Of a stretch of DNA of 64,000 bases, positions 1 through 9,620 are shown piece by piece. How positions within the stretch are numbered: the first letter of the stretch is position 1; every line of letters starts with the position of its first letter. The notes under the pieces are model-generated. The model was given only the letters and a program-made list of their open reading frames with translations, was not told the DNA's origin and ran no database searches. Source of the stretch: Verrucomicrobiia bacterium (GTDB taxonomy: Bacteria > Verrucomicrobiota > Verrucomicrobiia > Limisphaerales > DASXHY01); contig DASPIL010000096.1 in the NCBI GenBank assembly GCA_035629175.1, forward strand, positions 232,309-296,308, written 5' to 3'. The translations under genes and the position numbers were made by a program.

Positions 1-556
1 CGAATTCGTTCAACACCTTGTCCAGCTGATAACGCCGTCCGAAATCCGTATGCCGCTGCATCAGCCGCGCGATCTCTGCGAGCGCTGCGAAGTCCTCCTC
101 GATCTGCTTCTGGATTCCCGGCCGTTGGATTTTTACCACCACGGGACGCCCATCGTGCAGTGCGGCGCGATGCACCTGGCCGAGCGATGCTGCGGCAAGC
201 GGCTCGTGATCAAAGAATGAAAATGCCTTGGAGATTTTGGTGCCGAGTTCCTCCTCAACGATGAGTTCCACCTCCCGGTAGGAGAAAGGCTTCACTTTGT
301 CCTGCAACCGCGCGAGTGACTTGAGATACCGTTCAGGCAGCAAGTCCGCACGGCTGGAAAGTAATTGCCCGACTTTTACAAAGGTCGGGCCCAGGCGTTC
401 CAGGTCATTCGGAAGGTCATTGGCATCGGCATTTCCAGGCCCGGCGTCCCCGTTAGTTTCAATGCCGAACTTTGAAATCAAACCAGGCTGGCCATATTTG
501 CCGAAGAGTACTGCGATGTCCTTGTAGCGCTTGAGGTAGTGTGGTCCGAGTTTCAT
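1..556 (-). CDS. ABC1/UbiB-family atypical kinase, N-terminal part (gene continues past the left edge)
   Basis: Not in the ORF track because it has no stop in-window. Own translation from the ATG (complement of 554-556): MKLGPHYLKRYKDIAVLFGKYG...LGPTFVKVGQLLSSRADLLPERYLKSLARLQDKVKPF...LAAASLGQVHRAALHDGRPVVVKIQRPGI. These are the conserved ABC1-domain motifs. Confidence 0.8.
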   Translation of the reverse strand, partial: MKLGPHYLKRYKDIAVLFGKYGQPGLISKFGIETNGDAGPGNADANDLPNDLERLGPTFVKVGQLLSSRADLLPERYLKSLARLQDKVKPFSYREVELIVEEELGTKISKAFSFFDHEPLAAASLGQVHRAALHDGRPVVVKIQRPGIQKQIEEDFAALAEIARLMQRHTDFGRRYQLDKVLNEF

Positions 557-639
557 GGTTGGTTATCCATCGGCAACGTATGGATAAAGCCCTCCCTCGG
601 AAATGGGGTCGATTTCTTACTGCCAGCGGGGTGCCCGGT

Positions 640-1938
640 TCAACCCTTCCTGATGCCCTTCCCTGCGATGTCGCGTCGAAATTGCGCGCCTTCGAAGCGG
701 ATGCGTTCCACCGCGGCATACGCAGCCCTTTGGGCCGCACCGAGGTCCGCGCCAAGCGCAGTGACGCCCAGGACGCGTCCGCCGCTGGTGACCACTTGAT
801 TGTCGCGCAAGGTTGTTCCCGCATGAAAAACCTTTGTGTTCGGCAGAGCGTTCGCGGAGTCGATGCCGTCAATGCGCTTGCCTTGCGCGTAACTGCCCGG
901 GTAACCGCCGCTCGCCATGACGACGCACACGCTCGACTGCGGACTCCACTTCAATTCAAGTTTGTCCAGCGTTCCGTCCACTGATGCTTCAAGCAATTCG
1001 ACCAGGTCGGTTTGCAAACGGGAGAGATAGACCTGCGTTTCTGGATCGCCAAAACGGGCATTGAATTCCAGGACCTTCGGCCCTTGGGCTGTGATCATGA
1101 TCCCCGGATACAGAATGCCGCGAAAATCGATTCCTTCCGCCGCACAGCCGCGCAGCCACGGATCCAGAATTTTTCGCGCGGTGTCTGCCAGTTGGCCGTC
1201 ATCGAGAAATGGGGTGGGGGAATAGGTTCCCATGCCCCCCGTATTCAGTCCCTCGTCGTTGTCGAGGGCGCGCTTGTGATCCTGGGATGTCGGGAACATC
1301 CGCGCCGTCCGGCCGTCGCAGATCGCGTGCAGCGAAATCTCTATTCCTTCGAGCAGTTCCTGGATGACGATCCTGGATCCCGCGGCCCCGAAACTTTTGC
1401 TTACGAGGATTTCATCCACGGCACGGTCAGCTTCCTGAATGGTGTTGCAGATGAGAACGCCCTTTCCGAGCGCCAGTCCATCCGCCTTTACGGCGCAGCG
1501 CCCCTTCAGTTCGGCGGTGAAGCGTTTCGCGGAAGGAGCATCGGAGAAGATCCCGGAACGGGCGGTCGGGATTCCGTGCTGTTCCATGAAGCGCTGCGAG
1601 AACGCCTTCGAAGATTCAAACTGCGCAGCCTTCTGGTTGGGCCCCCAAATCCGGAATCCATTCTTTTGAAAGAGATCCACCACGCCGAGAGCCAGCGGGT
1701 TGTCGGGACCGACGACTGTCAACGCGGGTCGATGGTCGGAGGCGAACGCCAGAAGCCCGTTGAGATCCTCGGCGCCGATCGCGACGCGTTGCACAGGTGC
1801 GCCGTTGCTGGCGAGGCGTTCCATTTCAATCCCGGCGTTTCCGGGCGCGCACCACAGTTGTGTGACGTGCGGCGACTGCGCGAGCTTCCAGACGATCGCG
1901 TGTTCGCGTCCGCCCGAGCCAATGGCCAGAATTTTCAT
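640..1938 (-). CDS. purD: Phosphoribosylamine--glycine ligase (GAR synthetase)
   Basis: 432-aa ORF with an ATG start. N-terminus MKILAIGSGGREHAIVWKL, and an ATP-grasp body (GPNQKAAQFESSKAFSQRFM...GMGTYSP...RFGDPETQ) typical of PurD. Confidence 0.95.
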   Translation of the reverse strand: MKILAIGSGGREHAIVWKLAQSPHVTQLWCAPGNAGIEMERLASNGAPVQRVAIGAEDLNGLLAFASDHRPALTVVGPDNPLALGVVDLFQKNGFRIWGPNQKAAQFESSKAFSQRFMEQHGIPTARSGIFSDAPSAKRFTAELKGRCAVKADGLALGKGVLICNTIQEADRAVDEILVSKSFGAAGSRIVIQELLEGIEISLHAICDGRTARMFPTSQDHKRALDNDEGLNTGGMGTYSPTPFLDDGQLADTARKILDPWLRGCAAEGIDFRGILYPGIMITAQGPKVLEFNARFGDPETQVYLSRLQTDLVELLEASVDGTLDKLELKWSPQSSVCVVMASGGYPGSYAQGKRIDGIDSANALPNTKVFHAGTTLRDNQVVTSGGRVLGVTALGADLGAAQRAAYAAVERIRFEGAQFRRDIAGKGIRKG

Positions 1939-2278
1939 CGCGCGGATTCAACAGGAATTCCGGAACGCGCAAAAGCAATTAATCCTTTGCTCGTTCGCCC
2001 GGTGCGTCCTGACACTGTCCCAGGCCACGATGCAGCAGGAGCGCGGCGTTCAAATCCGCTTCAGCGTGCGCGGACCCGCGGGACAAATGTTTGACACGCT
2101 TCGGTGCGCCCATTGAAGCGACCTGAAGGGCCGCGGTCCGCCGTGTTGCCAGGATGCACCGCGCACGTCGTGGCACCGCCGTGATGAATGCAGCCCGGCT
2201 CTGTCAAAGTTCCCATGAAGTCTTCTGCATCATGTGATCGGGACGCGCATGAAATGCTTCGGACAAGCGGAGGTGCAT

Positions 2279-3568
2279 ATGTCGAGTTTCTGTTATGAAG
2301 CTGTCGATGCCGGCGGCTTGAAGATGGAGGGCACGCTGGATGTGATGGACCAGGGCGAGGCATTGCGCCGCATTCGCCAGATGGGATTGTTTCCCGTGAA
2401 GGTTGCCGAGCAGCGGCAGCCGCGGTTGAAACGGGAGCGAGATGCGACGCGGGCAAGCGGGAGACGCGGGATTTCGTTCACGGTTCCTTTGCTGGCGCGG
2501 CGTCGTCCCCGGCCGCGCGTCCTGGCGGTGTTCACGCGGCAGCTCGCCACATTGGTGGAAGCCGGCCTGCCTGTGCTTCGGGGTTTGCGCACCCTGCAGG
2601 AGCAGGAGGATAGTCCTGCGCTCCGAACGGTGATTGCCGAGCTGGGGCATTCGATCGAAAGCGGCATGTCGCTGTCGGAAGCGATGGGGAAGTTTCCGCG
2701 AGTTTTTAATCCGCTCTATCTCAACATGGTGCGCGCGGGCGAACTCGGCGGCGCGCTGGAAATTACATTGCGGCGGCTCGCCGAGTTCATGGAGAAGTGG
2801 CAGAAAATAAAGGGCAAGGTGAAGGCGGCGATGTTCTATCCCTGCGCAGTCATGCTGGTGGCGATCAGCATCGTCACAGTGCTGATGGTTTTCGTGGTGC
2901 CGCGATTCAAGCAGGTGTTTGATGGACTGCTGAACGGCGCATCGATGCCAAAGTTCACGCTGCTGGTGTTGAGCGTCAGCGAGACTGTGAAAGCCCATTT
3001 CGTGCTGACGCTCGCTGGCCTGATCACTGCGGGGATCGTGTTCATGACGGCTTTGCGCACAAAGCAGGGCAGGCGGTTGTTTGACGGCTTGAAACTGCGA
3101 ATGCCCGTCCTCGGGCCGGTCTTTCGGAAAGTGGCGATCGCCCGCTTCAGCCGCACCTTCGGAACGCTCCTCAACAGCGGCGTTCCCGTGCTGCAGGCGC
3201 TCGCGGTTGTGCGCGAAACCGCAGGCAACAGCGTGGTGGCGTCCGTCATCCAAAGGATTCACGACAGTGTGAAGGAAGGGGAAAGCATTACGGCTCCGTT
3301 GCGCGCATCCCACGTCTTTCCGCCCATGGTCGGGGGAATGGTGGACGTGGGCGAACAAACCGGGGCATTGCCTGACATGCTGCTGAAAGTGGCGGACACC
3401 TATGACGACGAAGTAGACAACGCGGTGAGTTCGATGACGTCGCTCCTGGAACCCATCCTGATCATCTTTCTCGCCATTGTCGTGGGCAGCATTGTGATCG
3501 CGATGTTTCTGCCGCTGATCTCGATCATGGATGGCGGGATCGTCACGATCGGTGAGGGCGAACCGTAG
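2279..3568 (+). CDS. Type II secretion / type IV pilus platform protein (GspF/PilC family)
   Basis: ORF 2234..3568. The internal ATG at 2279 (MSSFCYEAVDAGG...) matches the usual GspF N-terminus. The T2SSF motif is duplicated (FTRQLATLVEAGLPVLRGL and FSRTFGTLLNSGVPVLQAL), with hydrophobic TM segments after each. Start choice is uncertain (2234/2249/2279). Confidence 0.85.
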   Translation: MSSFCYEAVDAGGLKMEGTLDVMDQGEALRRIRQMGLFPVKVAEQRQPRLKRERDATRASGRRGISFTVPLLARRRPRPRVLAVFTRQLATLVEAGLPVLRGLRTLQEQEDSPALRTVIAELGHSIESGMSLSEAMGKFPRVFNPLYLNMVRAGELGGALEITLRRLAEFMEKWQKIKGKVKAAMFYPCAVMLVAISIVTVLMVFVVPRFKQVFDGLLNGASMPKFTLLVLSVSETVKAHFVLTLAGLITAGIVFMTALRTKQGRRLFDGLKLRMPVLGPVFRKVAIARFSRTFGTLLNSGVPVLQALAVVRETAGNSVVASVIQRIHDSVKEGESITAPLRASHVFPPMVGGMVDVGEQTGALPDMLLKVADTYDDEVDNAVSSMTSLLEPILIIFLAIVVGSIVIAMFLPLISIMDGGIVTIGEGEP

Positions 3569-3703
3569 GGCAGGCTCCCGACGAGTCGGGACTGTATCGC
3601 CGTGCTTCCAAGCCGGCAGGCATGACCACTGCAAGCAGACTCACTGGGCTGTGGCCGCTAATGGTTTGCCATCCCTTCCCGGCTCCCGTTAGCATGCGAG
3701 CCT

Positions 3704-5641
3704 ATGAAAAGACTGCTTTGGCTGCCGATCTTCATGGCGCTGTTGCTCAGCTGTTTCAGTGCTGCGGCGCAGGATGAACAATACGTTCGCATCTATGCAC
3801 TCATCCAGGAGGCGGACGCAGCCTACAGCTCAGGCCAATACCGCGATGCGCTCGCCAAATATCGCGACGCCTTCCAGCAACTGCAGGGATTCCAGCGTTC
3901 CTACCCCTCGTGGAACAACAACATCGTGCGCTATCGCCTCAGTTTTTTGGAAACTGTGATTTCCGACATCACAACCCGCCACGCGGCGACGCTGGGAACG
4001 ACGGCTGATCCAGGCGGAACGAACGCTGCGGCAGCGGCGACTGTGGTCGTGCCTGCGGAAGTCGAAGCCCAGGTGACGGCACTGCAGAACCAGATTCGCC
4101 AGCTGCAGTCAGAGAATTCGTCGCTGGACGCCAAGTTGCGTGAAGCGCTGCGCGTGCAGCCTGCCGCGGCGGATCCCCGCGCGCTCGAGCGCGCCGAGCA
4201 GCAGGTGCGCGCGCTTCAGAAAGAAAACGCGCTGCTCGCCGTGAGCGCCACAAACCGTCCGCCCGCCCCTGTCATCGACACAAAGGCGATCGACCAGTTG
4301 AAGCAGCAGCTGGCCGACGCCAATCGCAAAATCACGGAGGCCGCTGAGCGTGAAACCCGGATTGCCGCCGAGCGTGAGGCGTTGCAAACGAAGCTGGACA
4401 GCATGATTCCCGCGGGCTGGAACGTGACGAATATCGAAGCCACCCGAAAAGCGCTTGAGGCCGCAAACACGCGCCTGGCCGAACAGGCGGAAGCGGCGTC
4501 GCGTTTCGGCCTGGAGAAGACTGCGCTTCAGGAACGCATCCGAACGCTTTCTTCCGAAACCGAAGCATTGTCGGCGTTGCGCTCCGAAAACGAAGTCCTG
4601 AAGCGGCAGCTCGCTGAGGCAAAGGCGGCACCGGCGGACGCGGAACGGCTGAATCGGGATCTTGCAGAAGCCAAGGCGGAGATTGCTGTGCTGCAATCCG
4701 ACCGCAATGTCCTGCGCCTGGAGAATGCCGCGCTCGAACAGCGAACCAAGGTTCCACCGGTCACTGTAACAAATGTCATTGCTGCTGTGCCTGCAAACGT
4801 CGAAGCCCGCGTCAAGGAGTTGGAAGTTGAGCGTGATGAACTCGCCTGGAAACTCCAGCACGCAGAGAAAGAGATTGCGTCGATGAAATCCCGTGGCGGC
4901 AGCGGACGCGTCGAGGAATTGCAAAACGAAATCCAGATTCTGCGAACGCGCCTCGCCGTGATGGATATGGCGAAGGTTCCGTACACTGAGGCGGAGGAGG
5001 CTCTGATCAAGAAGGCGGAAGCCGATGTTGTCAGTGCCCGCAGCGCTGCGGTTCCCGCGAGGAACCTTCCGTCCGGCGCCATGTCGCTGGTCAGCGATGC
5101 ACAAAAGGATTTTGCGAATCGCCGTTTTGACAAGGCTGAGGAGAAGTACAAGGAGGTTCTGAAGCTGGACAATAACAACGTCTACACGCTGGCCAATCTC
5201 GCTGCGATCCAGATTGAACTGAACCGGTACGACGAAGCTGAGAAGCATCTCCAGACGGCTCTGGCCAGCGCTCCCGAGGACCCGTTCAGCCTTTCACTGC
5301 TTGGCTTCCTGCGCTTCCGCCAGGCACGCTACGACGATGCCCTGGATGTCCTGGGACGCGCGGCAAAGCTGGATCCGCAAAATGCCGAGATTCAAAATTA
5401 TCTTGGGCTGACCCTGAGCCAGAAGGGAATGCGCAAGCCGGCGGAACAGGCGTTGCGCAAGGCGATCATGATCGATCCCAATTACGCCAGCGCCCACTAC
5501 AATCTCGCCGTGATCTATCTCGCGCAGCAACCTGCCCAGCTGGAATTGGCCCGCGTGCATTATCGCAAGGCCACGGCGGCCGGGATGAAACCGAGCGTGG
5601 ACATGGAACGCATGCTGAACTCCGTTCCAGTAACGCGTTAA
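3704..5641 (+). CDS. Exported coiled-coil / TPR-repeat protein
   Basis: 645 aa. Signal peptide MKRLLWLPIFMALLLSCFSAAAQ, then a long heptad-like A/E/L/Q/R-rich middle, then C-terminal TPR units (e.g. YNLAVIYLAQQPAQLELARVHYRKA). Confidence 0.7.
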   Translation: MKRLLWLPIFMALLLSCFSAAAQDEQYVRIYALIQEADAAYSSGQYRDALAKYRDAFQQLQGFQRSYPSWNNNIVRYRLSFLETVISDITTRHAATLGTTADPGGTNAAAAATVVVPAEVEAQVTALQNQIRQLQSENSSLDAKLREALRVQPAAADPRALERAEQQVRALQKENALLAVSATNRPPAPVIDTKAIDQLKQQLADANRKITEAAERETRIAAEREALQTKLDSMIPAGWNVTNIEATRKALEAANTRLAEQAEAASRFGLEKTALQERIRTLSSETEALSALRSENEVLKRQLAEAKAAPADAERLNRDLAEAKAEIAVLQSDRNVLRLENAALEQRTKVPPVTVTNVIAAVPANVEARVKELEVERDELAWKLQHAEKEIASMKSRGGSGRVEELQNEIQILRTRLAVMDMAKVPYTEAEEALIKKAEADVVSARSAAVPARNLPSGAMSLVSDAQKDFANRRFDKAEEKYKEVLKLDNNNVYTLANLAAIQIELNRYDEAEKHLQTALASAPEDPFSLSLLGFLRFRQARYDDALDVLGRAAKLDPQNAEIQNYLGLTLSQKGMRKPAEQALRKAIMIDPNYASAHYNLAVIYLAQQPAQLELARVHYRKATAAGMKPSVDMERMLNSVPVTR

Positions 5642-5646
5642 CGCCC

Positions 5647-6069
5647 ATGCTGCGGCAGGCCGTTCACCAGTTCACGGTTTCGACGCGCGGACGCGGACTT
5701 TACGAGATCACCGACGCGGTCTCCCGCTGGGTGCGCGAAAGCGAACTTGCGACTGGAGTGCTGACCCTGCATCTGCGGCATACGTCGGCATCGTTGTTGA
5801 TTCAAGAAAACGCCGATCCTGACGTGCGGCGGGATCTTGAATCGTTTTTTTCACGGCTGGTGCCGGATGGCGATTCGCTTTTCATTCACACAGCAGAAGG
5901 CGACGACGACATGCCGGCCCACGTGCGCACTGCTCTGACCGCGGTCAATCTGAGCATTCCGTTGGTAGAGGGCCGGCTGGCTCTGGGCACATGGCAGGGC
6001 ATCTACGTTTGGGAGCATCGTCGCGCGCCTCACTCGCGCAAGGTGGCAGCGCATCTCGTGGGCGAATAG
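5647..6069 (+). CDS. yjbQ: YjbQ/UPF0047 family protein (secondary thiamine-phosphate synthase-like)
   Basis: 140 aa. LHLRHTSASLLIQENADPDVRRDLE...DDMPAHVRTAL...LALGTWQGIYVWEHR is the conserved YjbQ signature. Confidence 0.85.
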   Translation: MLRQAVHQFTVSTRGRGLYEITDAVSRWVRESELATGVLTLHLRHTSASLLIQENADPDVRRDLESFFSRLVPDGDSLFIHTAEGDDDMPAHVRTALTAVNLSIPLVEGRLALGTWQGIYVWEHRRAPHSRKVAAHLVGE

Positions 6070-6110
6070 GCTGGCCAATCCGTCGTTCGGATGACAGTTT
6101 GCGGCAACCT

Positions 6111-8414
6111 ATGATTTCACTGAAGTGCGCGGTTTCTGCTGCGGGTTGGGTTGCGTCGCTGGTCTTCGCCATCGCCCAGCCGACCAATGCGCTTTTCAGC
6201 TTTGGCGGCCCTGAAATTTTCCCGATCGATCCCCTGGTTGGGCAGTTGCGGATTGCGGACTTTGATGGGGATGGCCTGCAGGATATTGCGATCGCGAACA
6301 ACACGCGGTCGAAGATCACGATCCTTTACAACCAGACCGGGCGGACGAACAGCCTGACCCGCGACCGCGGATTCAAGCGCGAGCTGAATGAATTGCCGCC
6401 CGACGCGCGTTTCCAGATTGAATCCATCGCATCGGAGAAACGCATCGCCTCGATGGTTGCGGCCGACCTGAATAATGATGGCCGCCCCGACATCGCGTAC
6501 TACGGCGAGCCGAAGGAGCTTGTCGTGCAGTTCAATGAAGGGACGAATGTCTGGAGCGCACCGAAGCGATGGGCCATTGGGAACGGCCAATTGACGCCGA
6601 ATGCCCTTTCGGCGGGTGACCTGAACGGGGACAACCTCGCCGACCTGGTGCTGCTTGGCGAAAATACGATTCATTTTATTCCGCAGCTGCCGAATCGCCT
6701 CATGGGGGAACCTGAGCGAATCCCGCTGAGTGCCGCGGTGAAGTCCGTTCAAGTGCTCGATGTGGATGGCGACGGGCGGGACGATTTGCTGCTCGTGAAT
6801 TGGGAGGATCGCAATCCGTTTCGCTTTCGCCTGCAAAAGGCGGACGGTGCGCTCGGCCCGGAAATGTATTTCTCTATGGCTCCGATCCGTTCCTACTGGG
6901 CTGACAACTTGGAGGAGGACGGAAAAGTCCAGGTGATGACGATCGCGCAGAATTCAGGAAGGGCGCAGGTCTCGCAATTCAACCGGCGCGACGCCGAGCC
7001 GCTTTCCGGCACGTTCAAGCTCGGCCAGTTCGAAGTCCTTCCGTTGAACCGGACCGACAAGGCGCGCCGCGGAATGGCGTGGGCTGACGTGAACGGAGAT
7101 GGACTGGAGGACCTGCTCGTTGCCGAACCCGAGAGCGGTCAGATCGCATTGTGCCTGCAGACTAATGGCGGCATCGGGAATCCCCGAGTATTTCCAACGC
7201 TCGCAGGCGTGACGGATATTTCGGCTGGCGATTGGGACGGCGACAAACGTCCTGAAATCTTTCTGTTGAGCGCCGACGAGCGCCAGATTGGGGTGATGCG
7301 AATGGATCAGCATTCACGGCTTCCGTTCCCATCGTTCATTCCAATGGACGGCCGGCCGCTGGCGATGGCAGTGGGCGCTGTCAACGGCACGAATCGCGCC
7401 CTTGCGGTGATCGTCGACCAGGAAGGCAGGCGTGCGCTCATCACCTGCCTGCCCAATGGCACAACCAGAGTGCAGAAGCTCGGGGAGAACTTTCGCGCCA
7501 ATCCCAGTTCCATTGCAATTCACGATGCTGACCAGGACGGTTTGATGGACGTGGTGATTTTGGTTCCGTATGAGCGAATCAAGGTGCTGCGACAGAAGGC
7601 GGGCGGGAGCTTTGAGGAAATCGATGTCACCGCGCCAGGCGGAGCGCTCGACCAACCCTGGCTCAGCTCGGCTGACGTGGACGGCGACAAGCGGGCGGAG
7701 TTGCTTCTGCCGCAGCGAAATTTCCTGCGCGCCGTGGTGTTGCAGGCCAATGCTGCGCAGGAGTCGACGAATCGCGGTGGATGGGGATTTCGCGTGAAGG
7801 AACAGATTAACGGGGCGGCGAGCGACTCACGCATCGCAGGCGCGGCGGCTGTGCCAAACGGCACGAACTCCGTGGCTTCCCTCTTCCTTCTCGATGCGGA
7901 ACGCAAGGCGCTCACTTTGTGCGAACGTGACGCAAATGCTGTGTGGCGGGTCGTCAGAAACGTGGATCTGCCGATGGCAACCTTCAACCAATTGCATCCA
8001 GTGGCGCTGGGCGGGCGAACGACCAACGCAGTCACGATGCTGGGCTTGAATACCGTGGCGTGGCTCTCGCTGGAAGGGTCCACCTGGTCACTGACCGAAC
8101 TGGATGGATATGAAACGCCGATCCGCAATGCGTATCTGACCGACGTTGTATCGGGCGACTTGAACAACGATCGCCGCAAGGACCTTGTGTTTCTCGAGAC
8201 GGGACGAAACTACCTTGATCTCGTCATCTTTTCCGCCGAGCACAAGCTGGTGCCCGCGAATCGATGGCAGGTCTTCGAGGAGCGGACTTTTCGCAGTCGC
8301 CGGGCCGACCTGCCCGAACCGCGTGAAGCAGCGGTTGCGGATGTAACGGGCGACGGACGGAACGATCTCATTGTCCTGGTGCACGATCGCGTGCTCGTGT
8401 ATCCGCAGGAGTAA
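6111..8414 (+). CDS. FG-GAP/VCBS-repeat exported protein
   Basis: ORF 5991..8414. The ATG at 6111 gives the signal-like N-terminus MISLKCAVSAAGWVASLVFAIAQP and avoids overlap with yjbQ. About 10 Ca-binding-like repeats are present (DFDGDGLQDIAI, DLNNDGRPDIAY, GDLNGDNLADLVLL, VDGDGRDDLLLV, VNGDGLEDLLV, DADQDGLMDVVIL, VTGDGRNDLIVL). Confidence 0.8.
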   Translation: MISLKCAVSAAGWVASLVFAIAQPTNALFSFGGPEIFPIDPLVGQLRIADFDGDGLQDIAIANNTRSKITILYNQTGRTNSLTRDRGFKRELNELPPDARFQIESIASEKRIASMVAADLNNDGRPDIAYYGEPKELVVQFNEGTNVWSAPKRWAIGNGQLTPNALSAGDLNGDNLADLVLLGENTIHFIPQLPNRLMGEPERIPLSAAVKSVQVLDVDGDGRDDLLLVNWEDRNPFRFRLQKADGALGPEMYFSMAPIRSYWADNLEEDGKVQVMTIAQNSGRAQVSQFNRRDAEPLSGTFKLGQFEVLPLNRTDKARRGMAWADVNGDGLEDLLVAEPESGQIALCLQTNGGIGNPRVFPTLAGVTDISAGDWDGDKRPEIFLLSADERQIGVMRMDQHSRLPFPSFIPMDGRPLAMAVGAVNGTNRALAVIVDQEGRRALITCLPNGTTRVQKLGENFRANPSSIAIHDADQDGLMDVVILVPYERIKVLRQKAGGSFEEIDVTAPGGALDQPWLSSADVDGDKRAELLLPQRNFLRAVVLQANAAQESTNRGGWGFRVKEQINGAASDSRIAGAAAVPNGTNSVASLFLLDAERKALTLCERDANAVWRVVRNVDLPMATFNQLHPVALGGRTTNAVTMLGLNTVAWLSLEGSTWSLTELDGYETPIRNAYLTDVVSGDLNNDRRKDLVFLETGRNYLDLVIFSAEHKLVPANRWQVFEERTFRSRRADLPEPREAAVADVTGDGRNDLIVLVHDRVLVYPQE

Positions 8415-8423
8415 TCCCGCGCG

Positions 8424-9605
8424 TCAGGGGCGCTTTGCTGCGGCGGCGCGAAGGGTGACTTCGTGCAGCAGGAACAGGCACGCGGCCATCATCGCGATTG
8501 CAGGTGCCGCGAGTTGCAATCCTGCGTTCGCGGCAATAAATCCCACCGTGCTCGGGAGCGCCGCGGCTCCCAGCATGGCAGCGCCGAGCTGGAATCCAAT
8601 CGCGTGCGCGGCAACAGCTTTTCCGAGCCGCTGCGGGGTCCGTGTCATCAGGCACGGGAATATCGACGCAAGTCCAAGTCCGCCGATGGCCAGCGCGACA
8701 GGATTCAGCAGGGGATGTGGATTCCACGCGAACAGCGCTGCGCCTGCGAGTGCCGCGAGTGTGCTCAAACGAATGAGCCGATCCACCCCCCATCGATCGA
8801 CGACGAATCCGAATCCGATTCTTCCCGCAAGGATGCTTCCCCAATATACCGAGACCCATATTCCCGCGCGTTCGGGCGCAATCTGTCGATGTTCAGTCAG
8901 GAGCGTGTAGCTCCATTGGCCGAGTGCCACTTCAAGTCCCGTGTACACAAAGAAGAGAACAAGGTGCATCCAGACCATGCCCTTCCTTAACACCTCGCGC
9001 GCGGAAACCGCCTGCTCCACCTTGTTGGAAACACTGGATTCGGCCGGAGTCGGATCGTCCCAGCGGCGGCGGGTGCCGATAAAGAGTGCCGCAAGTGCGA
9101 GAAGAGTGATTGCGACCGTCATGTAGCCGCTGCGCCACGAGTCGCGCCAGGTGATCATTGCAGTCATGACGAGCGGGCCCAGCATGGCGCCAACGCTGTA
9201 GGCAGCGTGCAGCCAGTTCATGTGCCGCGCTGCAAAATGCGTGGAGACATAGTGGTTCAATCCGGAGTCGATGGCTCCTGATCCAAGGCCGTGGAGAACG
9301 GCGCCGAGGGCGAACAGCGGCCAGGCACGGGCGAGAGCGAAATCGAATTCGGCCAGCGCCACCAATGCACTGCTGCCAGCGAGAAGCACCCCGACGTTCC
9401 AATGCCGCAGCATGCGCCCCGTGAAGATGCTCGAAATAAAGTAGCTGCAGCCGCTTCCGAAAAAGATCCAGGCGATCGCACTATGCTCAATTCCGAACTC
9501 GCGTCGAACCGACGGCCACGCCACGCCGATGACGGTGTCGGGAAGGCCGAGGCTTACAAAGCCGAGATAGCAGATGAGGAGCAGCGCGCCTTTGCTTGCG
9601 TTCAC
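8424..9605 (-). CDS. MFS transporter
   Basis: 393 aa with a GTG start. About 12 hydrophobic segments arranged 6+6 around a central basic loop (GTRRRWDDP). General MFS composition; the substrate cannot be called. Confidence 0.75.
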   Translation of the reverse strand: MNASKGALLLICYLGFVSLGLPDTVIGVAWPSVRREFGIEHSAIAWIFFGSGCSYFISSIFTGRMLRHWNVGVLLAGSSALVALAEFDFALARAWPLFALGAVLHGLGSGAIDSGLNHYVSTHFAARHMNWLHAAYSVGAMLGPLVMTAMITWRDSWRSGYMTVAITLLALAALFIGTRRRWDDPTPAESSVSNKVEQAVSAREVLRKGMVWMHLVLFFVYTGLEVALGQWSYTLLTEHRQIAPERAGIWVSVYWGSILAGRIGFGFVVDRWGVDRLIRLSTLAALAGAALFAWNPHPLLNPVALAIGGLGLASIFPCLMTRTPQRLGKAVAAHAIGFQLGAAMLGAAALPSTVGFIAANAGLQLAAPAIAMMAACLFLLHEVTLRAAAAKRP

Positions 9606-9620
9606 GGCATGGTGCGGAGC

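Noticed and set aside
1012-2094. 360-aa plus-strand ORF. Similar long antisense ORFs occur at 4109-5248, 6117-6836, 22072-23163, 23191-24096, 25647-26573, 36119-37024, 40818-41861, 43182-43979 and 51404-52060.
   Set aside because: Each is fully overlapped by a recognisable gene on the opposite strand and has Arg/His/Pro-rich composition.
3576-3591. Hairpin tcccgac-ga-gtcggga after gspF, and similar short hairpins at 45118-45136 and 46248-46266
   Set aside because: The stems are 6-8 bp with 2-5-nt loops and no T-tract, so they cannot be distinguished from chance in GC-rich sequence. They are not reported as terminators.
2204-3634. 476-aa minus-strand ORF
   Set aside because: It lies entirely antisense to the well-supported gspF/pilC gene. 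Its product is His/Arg/Gln-rich low-complexity sequence with no motif. This is a typical shadow ORF of GC-rich DNA.
5991-6110. N-terminal extensions implied by the ORF track for several genes (5991 for the FG-GAP gene; 18306-18401 for ilvE; 21733-21918 for nuoA; 41523-41582 for the TMEM14-like gene; 46060-46278 for the PilT-N gene; 49970-50107 for the repeat protein)
   Set aside because: The extensions overlap upstream genes or consist of Arg/Ser-rich sequence ahead of a canonical N-terminus or signal peptide. In each case an internal ATG gives the expected family start.
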